A stretch of DNA of 31,225 bases from Candidatus Altarchaeum sp. (GCA_018260615.1 JAGWDQ010000068.1:1-31225); one strand, 5' to 3'. Numbered from the stretch's first letter, positions 16,708 to 26,143 are shown. Numbers and translations are program-made. Notes: generated from the letters alone by a model not told the origin.

Positions 16708-16847
16708 CTCACACAAAGTCACAGAGCAACATTGCCTTTTGTGTCTCCGTGTCTTGGTGCGATTTTCAAAACGCGGAGTTTTTGAAAATATCCGAGCAAC
16801 AGCGAGGTTAGAGAACAATAAAACGAACTTTCCTGTACGATAAAAAA
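16708..16847. repeat. Composite repeat: family B hairpin, nested family A unit and the 31-bp end
   Basis: B at 16708-16762, A at 16763-16808, 31-mer at 16817-16847 identical to 49-79. Confidence 0.8.
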
Positions 16848-17067
16848 TATACTTGGAAAGGAAAAAGTATTTTATTTTTGTAACCCTTCTGTATAAACGG
16901 TTGTATATTTTGAATTTATTAACATTTTCATTTAAAATTTACTGTCTGCAATCCATTGGATTGTCTTGCGAACTATGATCGTTAGTGAATTTAGCAGCAA
17001 TTCATGCAAAATGTTTGTGGATTACTATAATAGATTTGTTGCAAATTAAAAATTTTAAAGTGGAAAA

Positions 17068-17093
17068 TTCACCTCACTTCGTTCGGAGATTTA
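17068..17093. repeat. REP-like repeat (family A tail, reverse orientation)
   Basis: TTCACCTCACTTCGTTCGGAGATTTA. Confidence 0.7.
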
Positions 17094-17209
17094 AAATTAA
17101 TAAATTTAACAGCGGAAATTTTTAAAATTTCATAATAAGCCCATGATATTAAAAATAAGGGCGAAAAATTTTATGGATTTTTAAGATTGAAAATTTATTT
17201 GATGTGAAA

Positions 17210-17956
17210 TTAAAGACCTATTACATCTTTCATTGAGAATATTCCTTTCTTTCCTTTAATGAACTGTGCTGCACTTAACGCCCCCATTGCAAATGTATCC
17301 CTTGAAATTGCCGTATGCTTTATTTCAATTATCTCTCCGGTATTTCCAAACATCACCGTATGCTCACCGACTATTCCTCCGATTCTTACCGAATGTGAGG
17401 GTATTTCCTTTTCATAAATTTTTTCCAGAATTTCCTTGATTTTAAGTGCTGTTCCGCTTGGTTTATCCTTTTTTGTTATATGGTGGGATTCAATTATTTC
17501 AGCATCGTAATCCGTTAACAAATTTCCCGCATCTTCAATCAGTTTCCAGAATATATTCACGCCTATGCTCATATTCGGGCTTATAACCGCTCCGATGTTG
17601 TTTTCTTTTATCAGTTCTTTTAATTCATCTTTCTGCCCTTCACTAAATCCTGTTGTTCCAATCACTGCATTTATTTTATTTTTTGCAACTATTTTTAAAT
17701 TTTCAACACACGCATCGGCATTGCTGAAATCAATAACAACATCCGGCTTTGTTTGCTTTAAAATTTTGTCCAAATCGGCAATATTGCTGACAGCAGTTTC
17801 GTTTTTGTTTCCGATAAAATTTCCGATTTTCATCCCGACATTTTTAAGGTCAAATACGCAGGAAATTTCAAAATTTTTGGTTTCTGCCTGTCGTGCTATC
17901 ATCTGTCCCATCCTTCCAAATCCTATAATTCCAATTTTTGGTTTTTCTTGTTCCAT
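17210..17956 (-). CDS. dapB: 4-hydroxy-tetrahydrodipicolinate reductase
   Basis: GFGRMG, VVIDFS, VIGTTG, SPNMSIGVN, ESHHITKKDKPSGTA, GEHTV. Confidence 0.95.
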   Translation of the reverse strand: MEQEKPKIGIIGFGRMGQMIARQAETKNFEISCVFDLKNVGMKIGNFIGNKNETAVSNIADLDKILKQTKPDVVIDFSNADACVENLKIVAKNKINAVIGTTGFSEGQKDELKELIKENNIGAVISPNMSIGVNIFWKLIEDAGNLLTDYDAEIIESHHITKKDKPSGTALKIKEILEKIYEKEIPSHSVRIGGIVGEHTVMFGNTGEIIEIKHTAISRDTFAMGALSAAQFIKGKKGIFSMKDVIGL

Positions 17957-17990
17957 TTTTGACTTGTGAAATTTTTTAAGTGTAAAATTT

Positions 17991-18842
17991 TTATTTTTTC
18001 ATTTGCATCTTAAACGCATTAACCGTATTCTTCAAAAGCATTGCAACCGTCATAGGCCCCGCACCGCCGGGAACCGGAGTAATAAGTGAGCTCTTATCTT
18101 TTACATTCTCAAAATCAACATCTCCTGAAATTTTTCCGTTAATTCTTGAAATACCTACATCAACAACAACCGCTCCGTCCTTCACCATATCTTCCGTGAT
18201 TAAATTTGGTTTTCCGACTGCTGAAATTAAAATGTCCGCTCTCAATGTATGCTCCTTTAAATTTTTTGTAAAAACATGGCAGACAGTTACAGTGGCGTTC
18301 CTGCTCAAAAGCATCAAAGCAAGCGGCTTTCCGACAATAGGACTGTGATTAATTATGACAACATTGCTTCCCTCAATCCGGACATTGTATTTTTCAAGCA
18401 TGTAAATTACTCCTTTCGGTGTGCAGGGTGCTAAAATTTCATCATTGTTCATTAATTTTCCGGAATTTACCGGATTGAAGCCATCAACATCTTTAAGATA
18501 AGCAATTGTATCCATAATTTTTGCCGGATTTATGTGATTCGGCAACGGCATTTGCACCAAAATTCCGTGTGTATTTTTATCCGCATTCAATTCGGAAATT
18601 TTTTCAAGAAGTTCTTCCCCGGTTATTGTATCGGGAAGCCGGTAAATCAGCGAATTTATTCCGCACTCCTCGCATGCCTTGTGCTTTAAATGGACATAAA
18701 TTTCCGATGCGGGATTATTACCTACAAGTATTGTAGCAAGTGAAGGTATTCCATAATTTAAATTTTTTAAATTTTCAACCTCTGCCTTTATCTCTTCTTT
18801 TATTTCAAGACCTAACTTTTTTCCGTCTATTATCGTGGTCAT
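17991..18842 (-). CDS. folD: Bifunctional methylenetetrahydrofolate dehydrogenase/cyclohydrolase
   Basis: IIDGKKL, HGILVQMPLP, KDVDGF, PCTPKG, DVGISR, TPVPGGAGPMT. Confidence 0.96.
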   Translation of the reverse strand: MTTIIDGKKLGLEIKEEIKAEVENLKNLNYGIPSLATILVGNNPASEIYVHLKHKACEECGINSLIYRLPDTITGEELLEKISELNADKNTHGILVQMPLPNHINPAKIMDTIAYLKDVDGFNPVNSGKLMNNDEILAPCTPKGVIYMLEKYNVRIEGSNVVIINHSPIVGKPLALMLLSRNATVTVCHVFTKNLKEHTLRADILISAVGKPNLITEDMVKDGAVVVDVGISRINGKISGDVDFENVKDKSSLITPVPGGAGPMTVAMLLKNTVNAFKMQMKK

Positions 18843-18925
18843 TTTTTAAAGGTTATTTTTAATAGTGAATTGGTTAGACAATATAGAAAAGCAAATATGC
18901 ATCCATATTTAAAAAACCACATTTG

Positions 18926-19114
18926 TTATTTTTTCCTCGCCCATTTTATTGCTTCTTCAATGTCTTCCCTTTCAACGCCTTCGTCTCTGAATTTCTCTTC
19001 AACTTCCCGGGATAACAACTCAAATTCCTCTTTTGGAGAATGAGGAGAAATTTTAATTTGTTTCGGTATGCCATAATCATTCATTCCAGTAGCAATGAAT
19101 TTATTTTTTCCCAT
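18926..19114 (-). CDS. Small antitoxin-like protein or remnant
   Basis: The C-terminal EEKFRDEGVEREDIEEAIKWARKK resembles tails of AbrB/MazE-type antitoxins; no toxin adjacent. Confidence 0.4.
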   Translation of the reverse strand: MGKNKFIATGMNDYGIPKQIKISPHSPKEEFELLSREVEEKFRDEGVEREDIEEAIKWARKK

Positions 19115-19180
19115 ATTACTATAAATAAATTAAATTTTGCTTTAAATAAATATCAAATTTTTTCCTTTCCCACCGAAAAT

Positions 19181-20950
19181 TTATCCGATAACAATTTGAG
19201 CAATTAATGCAAATAAGTCAATCAAGTCAATTCTTCCGTTACCGTTTGCCTCAGAACAGATAGTATTATAAATTTGTGCATTTCCCCCGCTTAAATTTTC
19301 AAGTGCCGAAACCACATCAAAAATATCAACTGCCGCATTATTGTCAAAGTCGTATTGTGTGCAACATTGATGAGTTATGTTTGCATCATTATCATCACAA
19401 TCCAAGCCCAAGCCATAAAGCACATAATTTCCGGACGGTTTATTGCAGCTTATTGTGTAATTTGTCGCGTTTCCATAAGTATCGTTATCCGCGTCATAAA
19501 ACCACACCGTATTTGGATTTATGAGCGCATTACTATCATTACAATCAGTCCCACCACAGCTTACGGATTTATAGCCATCGTTGTCGTTGTCAGGAGAGTA
19601 AACACATTCCCAAGTAAAAGTGCATCCTGTTTTTCCTGTATTTTTCATACTTGTGTCATTCCATCCGTCCGGGTTATCACATGCATTATTATCCCCAAAA
19701 CTTGAAAGCCAATTTGTTGAATTAAAATCCGAGTATGTGCTGTGAATAAAATTGTTATTTATCGCTGAACTTGATGCATTTGAGAAAATTCCAACAGCAT
19801 TGTTTAAAATTTCATTGTTCTCAATTTTATTATTTAAATTTCCGCTTGGACACAAGCTCAAGTTCCAGGAAGCACAATTGCTTACACCAATTCCTGTGTT
19901 GGTGTTGTTTGAAATTTCATTGTTTGAAATTTCATTAAAGTCCGAACCTCCAAAAGCATAAATTCCATTGCCATTTGAGATTGCCGTGTTATTGCTGATG
20001 TTGTTATTATTTGAAGAATAACTTAAAATAATTCCATCAAGTCCGTTGTGATTTGCCACATTATTTGTTATGTGGTTATTTGCAGATTGTAAAAGCCAGA
20101 TTCCATCGTATCCGTTATAACTTGCGGTGTTGCTGATTAATGTATTGTTTGGCGAAGAATATAGAAAAATTCCGGTATCTAAATTTTGCTCAACAAGGTT
20201 ATTTGTAATTGTATTATTTATCGTTTCTCTTATATAAATTCCATAATAAAAGTTTTTAATCGTGCAGTTTTTTACAGTGTTGTTATCTCTTGAAGGATAC
20301 AAAGCATCTTCTTTACATTTTTTGGCAAAATTTTCCATTTCCAATATACTTGAAAATTCACCGACATGTAATTCACCGTTTGAAGGACATCCGAATTGCG
20401 GAATATACTGAGAAGTTAAAAGTCCCGAAAGGCAATCCTGTTTAATATTATTATTTTCACCTGTGCTTATTTCAATCCACAAAAAGTTATATCCCTTAGA
20501 TGTTAAATTTTGAACCAATGGCATCATATTTTGACAATGCTGACACTGATTAGAATGATAAAATGCAACCGTATCGGGAGTTATGTTGTATTTGTTCAAA
20601 CAAGTAATTGTTTCAGTATTTTTTTGCAAATTTTCAGTATTACTTTGCAAATACATTCCGTAACCATTTCCGGTTCCTTGTATTGTGTTTCCCTGACAGT
20701 CAAATATTTTATTTGTCCAATTTACCGGATTGTATATGCAACTTCCTGCCTGATTTGTTATGCTTTGATTTAATTTTACCGTGCTGCTGCAATTGTTATT
20801 ATCATTTAAAGCATTCGTGCAATCAATACAGGAATTACATTCGCATGTGTCATTTCCTGAATTGCTGTATGCAAAAACATTCCCGCCTGCTAAAAAAACC
20901 AATATCGTCACAAAACCCCACAAGATTATATTTTTTAAATTTTCCTTCAT
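19181..20950 (-). CDS. Secreted right-handed beta-helix (NosD/CASH-like) protein with an inserted thioredoxin-like domain and a C-terminal dockerin-like module
   Basis: Signal peptide; repeated NNxISNN..GI units; CQHC motif; DCNDSNALINP repeats; DFDNNAAVDIFD and EANGNGRIDLID. Confidence 0.75.
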   Translation of the reverse strand: MKENLKNIILWGFVTILVFLAGGNVFAYSNSGNDTCECNSCIDCTNALNDNNNCSSTVKLNQSITNQAGSCIYNPVNWTNKIFDCQGNTIQGTGNGYGMYLQSNTENLQKNTETITCLNKYNITPDTVAFYHSNQCQHCQNMMPLVQNLTSKGYNFLWIEISTGENNNIKQDCLSGLLTSQYIPQFGCPSNGELHVGEFSSILEMENFAKKCKEDALYPSRDNNTVKNCTIKNFYYGIYIRETINNTITNNLVEQNLDTGIFLYSSPNNTLISNTASYNGYDGIWLLQSANNHITNNVANHNGLDGIILSYSSNNNNISNNTAISNGNGIYAFGGSDFNEISNNEISNNTNTGIGVSNCASWNLSLCPSGNLNNKIENNEILNNAVGIFSNASSSAINNNFIHSTYSDFNSTNWLSSFGDNNACDNPDGWNDTSMKNTGKTGCTFTWECVYSPDNDNDGYKSVSCGGTDCNDSNALINPNTVWFYDADNDTYGNATNYTISCNKPSGNYVLYGLGLDCDDNDANITHQCCTQYDFDNNAAVDIFDVVSALENLSGGNAQIYNTICSEANGNGRIDLIDLFALIAQIVIG

Positions 20951-20958
20951 TTTAAAAT

Positions 20959-22227
20959 TTAATAAATTTTCAGCAAATCCTCAAATTTTTCCCTTCCCCT
21001 CAACAACTTTACTTTTTTATCTTTTGTGATTAAAATTTCCGCCGGTTTTAGCGTTGAATTATAATTTGAACTCATACTAAATCCATAAGCACCGGCATCA
21101 AAAATAGCAAGAACATCATTCCTCTTTGCTGCAATTTTTCTGTTTTTTCCCAAAATGTCCCCGCTTTCGCATAAATTTCCGGCAATATCAAAAATTTCAT
21201 CACCATCGCTCAAATTGCTTAAATTTAAAATTTTGTGGTATGCATCATACATCGCAGGCCTGATTAAATCGTTAAATCCGGCATCAACATTTATAAATTT
21301 CTTATAAGGTGTCCGCTTAATACTTAAAACCTTTGTAAGCAGTATTCCTGCATTTCCGACGATGCTTCTTCCCGGTTCAAGAATTAATTCAATTTCATAG
21401 CCCAAATCTTTATTTAAATTTTCAATTATGGGAATTATACCGTTTGCTAAATCGTCATGAGTTAAGCCATTATAGTTTCCATCGTGCGGATAGTCAATTC
21501 CCAGTCCGCCGCCCAAATCAACAAATTTCAAATTTATTCCAAGGTCGTGCAAATCCGTCACTATTTTGCTGATTTTTTCCGCTTCTTCAATAAACGGCTC
21601 TATTTCTGTAATCTGCGAGCCGATATGGCAGTGAATTCCCAAAATTTCAAAATTTTTTTGTTTCGCAAGTTTGTATGCCTCAATTGCCTGCCTGATGTTA
21701 ATTCCGAATTTTGATTCCTTAACTCCTGTTGCAATCTTATCATGCGTATGCGGATTCACTTCCGGGTTTATCCTGAATGAAATTTTCGGTTTCTTGTCTA
21801 ATCGTTTTGAAATTTCATCTATGATTTCTATTTCTTCAAATCCGTCAATGTTGATGGTGCATCCGAAATTTAATGCAAATTCAATGCTTTCATCTGTCTT
21901 TCCGTTGCTTGTAAATATCACATCTCGCGGATTTACGCCAGTGTATTTTGCCATGTGTAATTCTCCTTCGGAAACACAATCCGCCCCGACATTTAAATTT
22001 TTCAGAATTTTACAAATAGCAGGGTTCGTGTTTGCCTTATACGCATACATCTGTCTAAATTGCCCGTAGTTCTTAAATGCATCGCGATATTTTTGAACAT
22101 TTTCCTGCAAAATATCTTCAAAATATATATAAGTCGGGGTTTTAAATTTTTCCGAAATTTCAAGTAAAATTTCTTTGTGCTTAATCGGGTATTCTTCTGT
22201 ATCCATTTTTGTATTTTTATTTAGCAT
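20959..22227 (-). CDS. lysA: Diaminopimelate decarboxylase (alternative start ATG 22206)
   Basis: YAYKANTN (PLP Lys), SKFG, HCHIGSQ, DLGGG, EPGRSIV, GNLCESGD, GAYGFSMSSNYN. Confidence 0.96.
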   Translation of the reverse strand: MLNKNTKMDTEEYPIKHKEILLEISEKFKTPTYIYFEDILQENVQKYRDAFKNYGQFRQMYAYKANTNPAICKILKNLNVGADCVSEGELHMAKYTGVNPRDVIFTSNGKTDESIEFALNFGCTINIDGFEEIEIIDEISKRLDKKPKISFRINPEVNPHTHDKIATGVKESKFGINIRQAIEAYKLAKQKNFEILGIHCHIGSQITEIEPFIEEAEKISKIVTDLHDLGINLKFVDLGGGLGIDYPHDGNYNGLTHDDLANGIIPIIENLNKDLGYEIELILEPGRSIVGNAGILLTKVLSIKRTPYKKFINVDAGFNDLIRPAMYDAYHKILNLSNLSDGDEIFDIAGNLCESGDILGKNRKIAAKRNDVLAIFDAGAYGFSMSSNYNSTLKPAEILITKDKKVKLLRGREKFEDLLKIY

Positions 22228-22236
22228 CTTTATCCT

Positions 22237-23055
22237 CTATAATAAGTTTTTTATCTTCGGGTTTTTTAGAAAATTTTCCTTTGAGACCATGGATCGCCCA
22301 AGTCGTTCTTCTAATTTTTTTCTGGCATCTCCGGCAATTTTTCCTCCTGCATCAGCGTCGGATTTTAATTTTGGTACGCCATGAGAATTTTCTGTGCGAG
22401 GTATTTCTGTAGTTGCTCTTTCTCCAAGCATTGTAAAAATAAGTTCAAAATCGTCCATATGGTCACGAAGGTTTTCTCTTTTTAAACCCTTCAGTTTTTT
22501 GTATTCGCCTGGCGTTATGCCAAATGTTGCTTTAGAAATTTCTGCCGTCAAAATTTCATAATCCGTTTGTTCCTCTGCTCCGCGTTTCTGCCATTCATCC
22601 GTCAATTCTTCGCGAATGGCAATGCCGCGCATTCTTTTTTCAATCCGGTCATCAGAATATCCTTTGAGTTTATAGAGTATTCTTGTTCTTTTTGTCGCCA
22701 ATTCCGGATTTTCAATTTCCTGCACTCGTTTATATCCTACCTTTGCCAGCCATCTTTTAAACGGCTCTGCTTTAGGTGAAGGAATTGACTGGATAATACG
22801 GAAAATCCCTTCGGTATTTGCACAATTCATTTTTTGGGGACCGCCTTCCGTCGGCACTTCAAGGGTATGGACAAATTGTCCATATCCTTTTGATAATTCA
22901 GCATCTCTGGCGCGCAGTTTATTGATATAGTCCTTAACATTAACGCTGTCAATCAATGCCAAAACCACATCTTCTACTACGAACCACCACTCGTTGTTGT
23001 AAATGGTTTTTCTTATTTTCCTTCCTTTAAACAAAGCAATTTTTGTTGTTTCCAT
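22237..23055 (-). CDS. Bro-N domain protein (antirepressor-like, mobile-element associated)
   Basis: IRKTIYNNEWWFVVEDVV, IIQSIPSPKAEPFKRWLAKVG, NLRDHMDDFELIFTMLGE. Confidence 0.85.
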   Translation of the reverse strand: METTKIALFKGRKIRKTIYNNEWWFVVEDVVLALIDSVNVKDYINKLRARDAELSKGYGQFVHTLEVPTEGGPQKMNCANTEGIFRIIQSIPSPKAEPFKRWLAKVGYKRVQEIENPELATKRTRILYKLKGYSDDRIEKRMRGIAIREELTDEWQKRGAEEQTDYEILTAEISKATFGITPGEYKKLKGLKRENLRDHMDDFELIFTMLGERATTEIPRTENSHGVPKLKSDADAGGKIAGDARKKLEERLGRSMVSKENFLKNPKIKNLL

Positions 23056-23217
23056 AATTTTTTTACTCTCACCAAATCAGTGGCTTAATTATTTTGTAAT
23101 CCAAATCATGAGTATTTATTTTTGTCCAATCCGCAAATTCTACTTCATTATTTGAGATTTTTTTATTATTTTTGTTGTGAAAGCCCCTCTAAAATTTCAA
23201 CAAAACAGATATATGAC

Positions 23218-23287
23218 GGGTTTTAAATTTTTCAGAAATTTCAGGTAAAATTTGTTTGTGCTCAATTAGGTATTCCTGATTATCCAC
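23218..23287 (-). pseudogene. lysA: Decayed duplicate of the lysA 5' end
   Basis: 59/69 nt identical to 22137-22205; translates VDNQEYLIEHKQILPEISEKFKT versus MDTEEYPIKHKEILLEISEKFKT. Confidence 0.85.
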
Positions 23288-23389
23288 ATTACAATAAATC
23301 AGAGAAAATTAAATTTATATGCCTAAATTTACATAATTGCCGATTTTTGCTACTCGCTCACTTTAACATTTTTCCTTCCAAGTGTTAGT

Positions 23390-26143
23390 TCATCCTGAAA
23401 CCCTTTCTAAAATTTCCACGACATCAAATATATCTATTGATTTATCATCATTTATGTCCGCTCTTGCGGGAACAGGTGAAGAAGTAACGCTATGCCCAAT
23501 TATCTCAAACACATCTCCTAAATCCAGCATGTTATTTTTATTTGCATCGCCGAGTACAAAATTTAATTCAACCGCTCCTGTTCCGTTACTTAATACCTTG
23601 TAGTAGTATGAAATATTATCAAATGTTACAGTATCGTTTTCATTCATAATCCTCCAGTTTCCATTACAGTCATTTTCAATCATATTGTTTATGTCGCTTA
23701 TATTTGTCGCATTGTCATTTACACAAACGATACTCTTATTGTTTTTTACCGGAAGATATAAAATTTTTTCACCGATTTTGTTTGTTTCGCTCTCGTTTAA
23801 ATGAAGAATTGCATAACTTAAATTTTGCTCGCCTGCTTCTCCGGATTTTGCAATAACATTTCCAAAATTTGGATTTTTATAGGTGAAATTTATGTTAAAA
23901 TCACCAAGTGGAATTGTCTTATTTCCGATTCTTTCCACCATCCTGACTATCTCAATACCGTTGAAACTCGAATTTGCCGGTTTTTCTGTTACATTTCCGT
24001 TTACATTTTCAATTACACTTATAGTTAAATTTTCCGGAATATTTGTTATGTTGACAAAACATTTCGCCATTTTTGTTATCGGCTTTGCTCCGACCTTTCC
24101 TCCGACCTTTTGCGAAGGCATAGTCATATTTTTCTTGCTGACAACATAAGAAATTACTCTTTCAATCTTGTTTTGTCTTATTTTGTTTTGTCCCTCATCA
24201 TAAATTTTTAAAGTGTAATTTTCAAACATAGATGTGTCTTTTGAAAGTATTGTGCAATCCTCTGCCATTATGTGATAAGTTGCTTCAAAATATGTTTGAT
24301 TTATTATTTCATAGAATGGAGCATTTCCATCCTTAAACATAAAAATTTCATAACCATGTCCTGTCACAGGTATGAATTCTGCAATTCCAGTTTCATTTGT
24401 AAATAAAACAACGCCTTCATTTGTATTAATATCTATTATTACAATTTTTGCATTCTCTAATGAAAGATTATTAGTATCAGTAATATTTAGAATTACTAAA
24501 TTTACAAGCACATTATTTTCAACAATAGAATTTTTACTAACATTAATAAGTATTTCATCCTTTGAATAAATACTTTTCAGCGTGTAATTTCCTTCATTCA
24601 AAACAATTTCAAAAAATCCGTTTTCATCGCTGGTTAAATTTAAAATTTCTCCTTCTGAATTATTTAGAGTTAAATTTATATTTGGTAGCAATCTTCCGGA
24701 ATGTTCCGTTTTTCCATAAACAAGACCTTGATTTTCCTTAATTACGGCAACTGCATTTGAAAGGGCATTATTCAGGTTGTTTGATTCGTTAATTTCTGAT
24801 AAGGAAGATATTGAGGCAGTTACAAAATAAATTCCCGAAGGTAATAAAGAAAAATTAAAAGACAAATTATGGATTGAAATATTTGTACCAATTGTCTCAT
24901 TTTTAAAACTTCTTTGATTATTTCCTTCAACAATTATTGAAACAATTGCCGAATTATTGTATAAATTTGGGAATAAATTTTCTACCGTAACATTTATCGT
25001 TAAATTTCCGTCTGATATCAAAGGAACATGAATTTCGGTTATTGCCAAATCAGGCAAAGTGCAATTGCTAATGTTTGTGTAATCAGTGAAATTTACATTA
25101 ACATCATTTGAACATATCACATTATTGGTTAAATCTTGGAATTTGCTTGCATTCGCGGGGGAAAATATACCAATTTCATTTTTTATAATTTCGTTTGCAA
25201 CTATTGACATGTTTGGCAATACATGGGGCACATCCGACCTCTGTATGCCCTTTTCATTATATCTTACCAAATTTTTGTATATCCCTGTATTTACATCATC
25301 ACCTTTTAATGCCAATCCACAAGAATTATTTTGAATAAGGTTGCAATAAATTGTCGTATCGTTTACATTCACCAACACACCTTCCTCAAAATTTTCAATT
25401 ACACAATTTTCAATAAATACATTGTTTCCCTTTATCTCTATTCCTGTGCCATTTTTATTCCCTGAAATCTTATGCCATCTGCAATCTAAAACAATATTGT
25501 TTGCAGATATATTTATGCAGGAATCCTCGCTTGTGTTTATATCCTGCGTTAATATATAGGTCTTATTTGATTCTGTCAAGGTTGTGCAGTTTGAAATTTC
25601 CGAAATTTTTTGCGCGGAAGATTTTGCACCCACCGTTGCTCCTACTTTTGCACCAACACTCCCTCCGATCTTACATCCGACAGCAAATTCACACCGGTGA
25701 TTTCTTGCAATGTATCCTGCGCTGCAATTTAAATTTTTACAATAGTTGTTATAACAATTCTGATTATCCGAACAATTTTCACTTGCATTGCAGGAATTTG
25801 GAATTTGGCACGCAGAGGATAAATTTAAGGTTAAATTTTCCACTTCTCCGTAGTTATTGATGGAGACATTAAAGGCGTAAAAATTGTTACAATGGGTAAA
25901 ATTTATTGAAAAATTTCCTGTGCCCAATTCACAATATCCATAATCATTTGTTGTGCAATTGTATAAGTCAGTGGAATTGAATATATTAACTATTAAATTT
26001 GTCATCGGGTCTTTATAAATATCAGAAATGCTGACACCGGTTGCCAAATGGAAATCGGCATTTATATTCCCCAAAATTAAAAAAACAGCAACTGATGCCA
26101 AAGCCCCAATCCCAAAAAATTTTGTTCTTATGTTCATTTTCAT
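23390..26143 (-). CDS. Large secreted multidomain protein (beta-helix, CARDB-like, CarboxypepD_reg-like, C-terminal dockerin-like)
   Basis: Signal peptide; LPDLAITEI (CARDB start); TSDENGFF; GDANKNNMLDLGD and ADINDDKSIDIFD. Confidence 0.75.
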   Translation of the reverse strand: MKMNIRTKFFGIGALASVAVFLILGNINADFHLATGVSISDIYKDPMTNLIVNIFNSTDLYNCTTNDYGYCELGTGNFSINFTHCNNFYAFNVSINNYGEVENLTLNLSSACQIPNSCNASENCSDNQNCYNNYCKNLNCSAGYIARNHRCEFAVGCKIGGSVGAKVGATVGAKSSAQKISEISNCTTLTESNKTYILTQDINTSEDSCINISANNIVLDCRWHKISGNKNGTGIEIKGNNVFIENCVIENFEEGVLVNVNDTTIYCNLIQNNSCGLALKGDDVNTGIYKNLVRYNEKGIQRSDVPHVLPNMSIVANEIIKNEIGIFSPANASKFQDLTNNVICSNDVNVNFTDYTNISNCTLPDLAITEIHVPLISDGNLTINVTVENLFPNLYNNSAIVSIIVEGNNQRSFKNETIGTNISIHNLSFNFSLLPSGIYFVTASISSLSEINESNNLNNALSNAVAVIKENQGLVYGKTEHSGRLLPNINLTLNNSEGEILNLTSDENGFFEIVLNEGNYTLKSIYSKDEILINVSKNSIVENNVLVNLVILNITDTNNLSLENAKIVIIDINTNEGVVLFTNETGIAEFIPVTGHGYEIFMFKDGNAPFYEIINQTYFEATYHIMAEDCTILSKDTSMFENYTLKIYDEGQNKIRQNKIERVISYVVSKKNMTMPSQKVGGKVGAKPITKMAKCFVNITNIPENLTISVIENVNGNVTEKPANSSFNGIEIVRMVERIGNKTIPLGDFNINFTYKNPNFGNVIAKSGEAGEQNLSYAILHLNESETNKIGEKILYLPVKNNKSIVCVNDNATNISDINNMIENDCNGNWRIMNENDTVTFDNISYYYKVLSNGTGAVELNFVLGDANKNNMLDLGDVFEIIGHSVTSSPVPARADINDDKSIDIFDVVEILERVSG

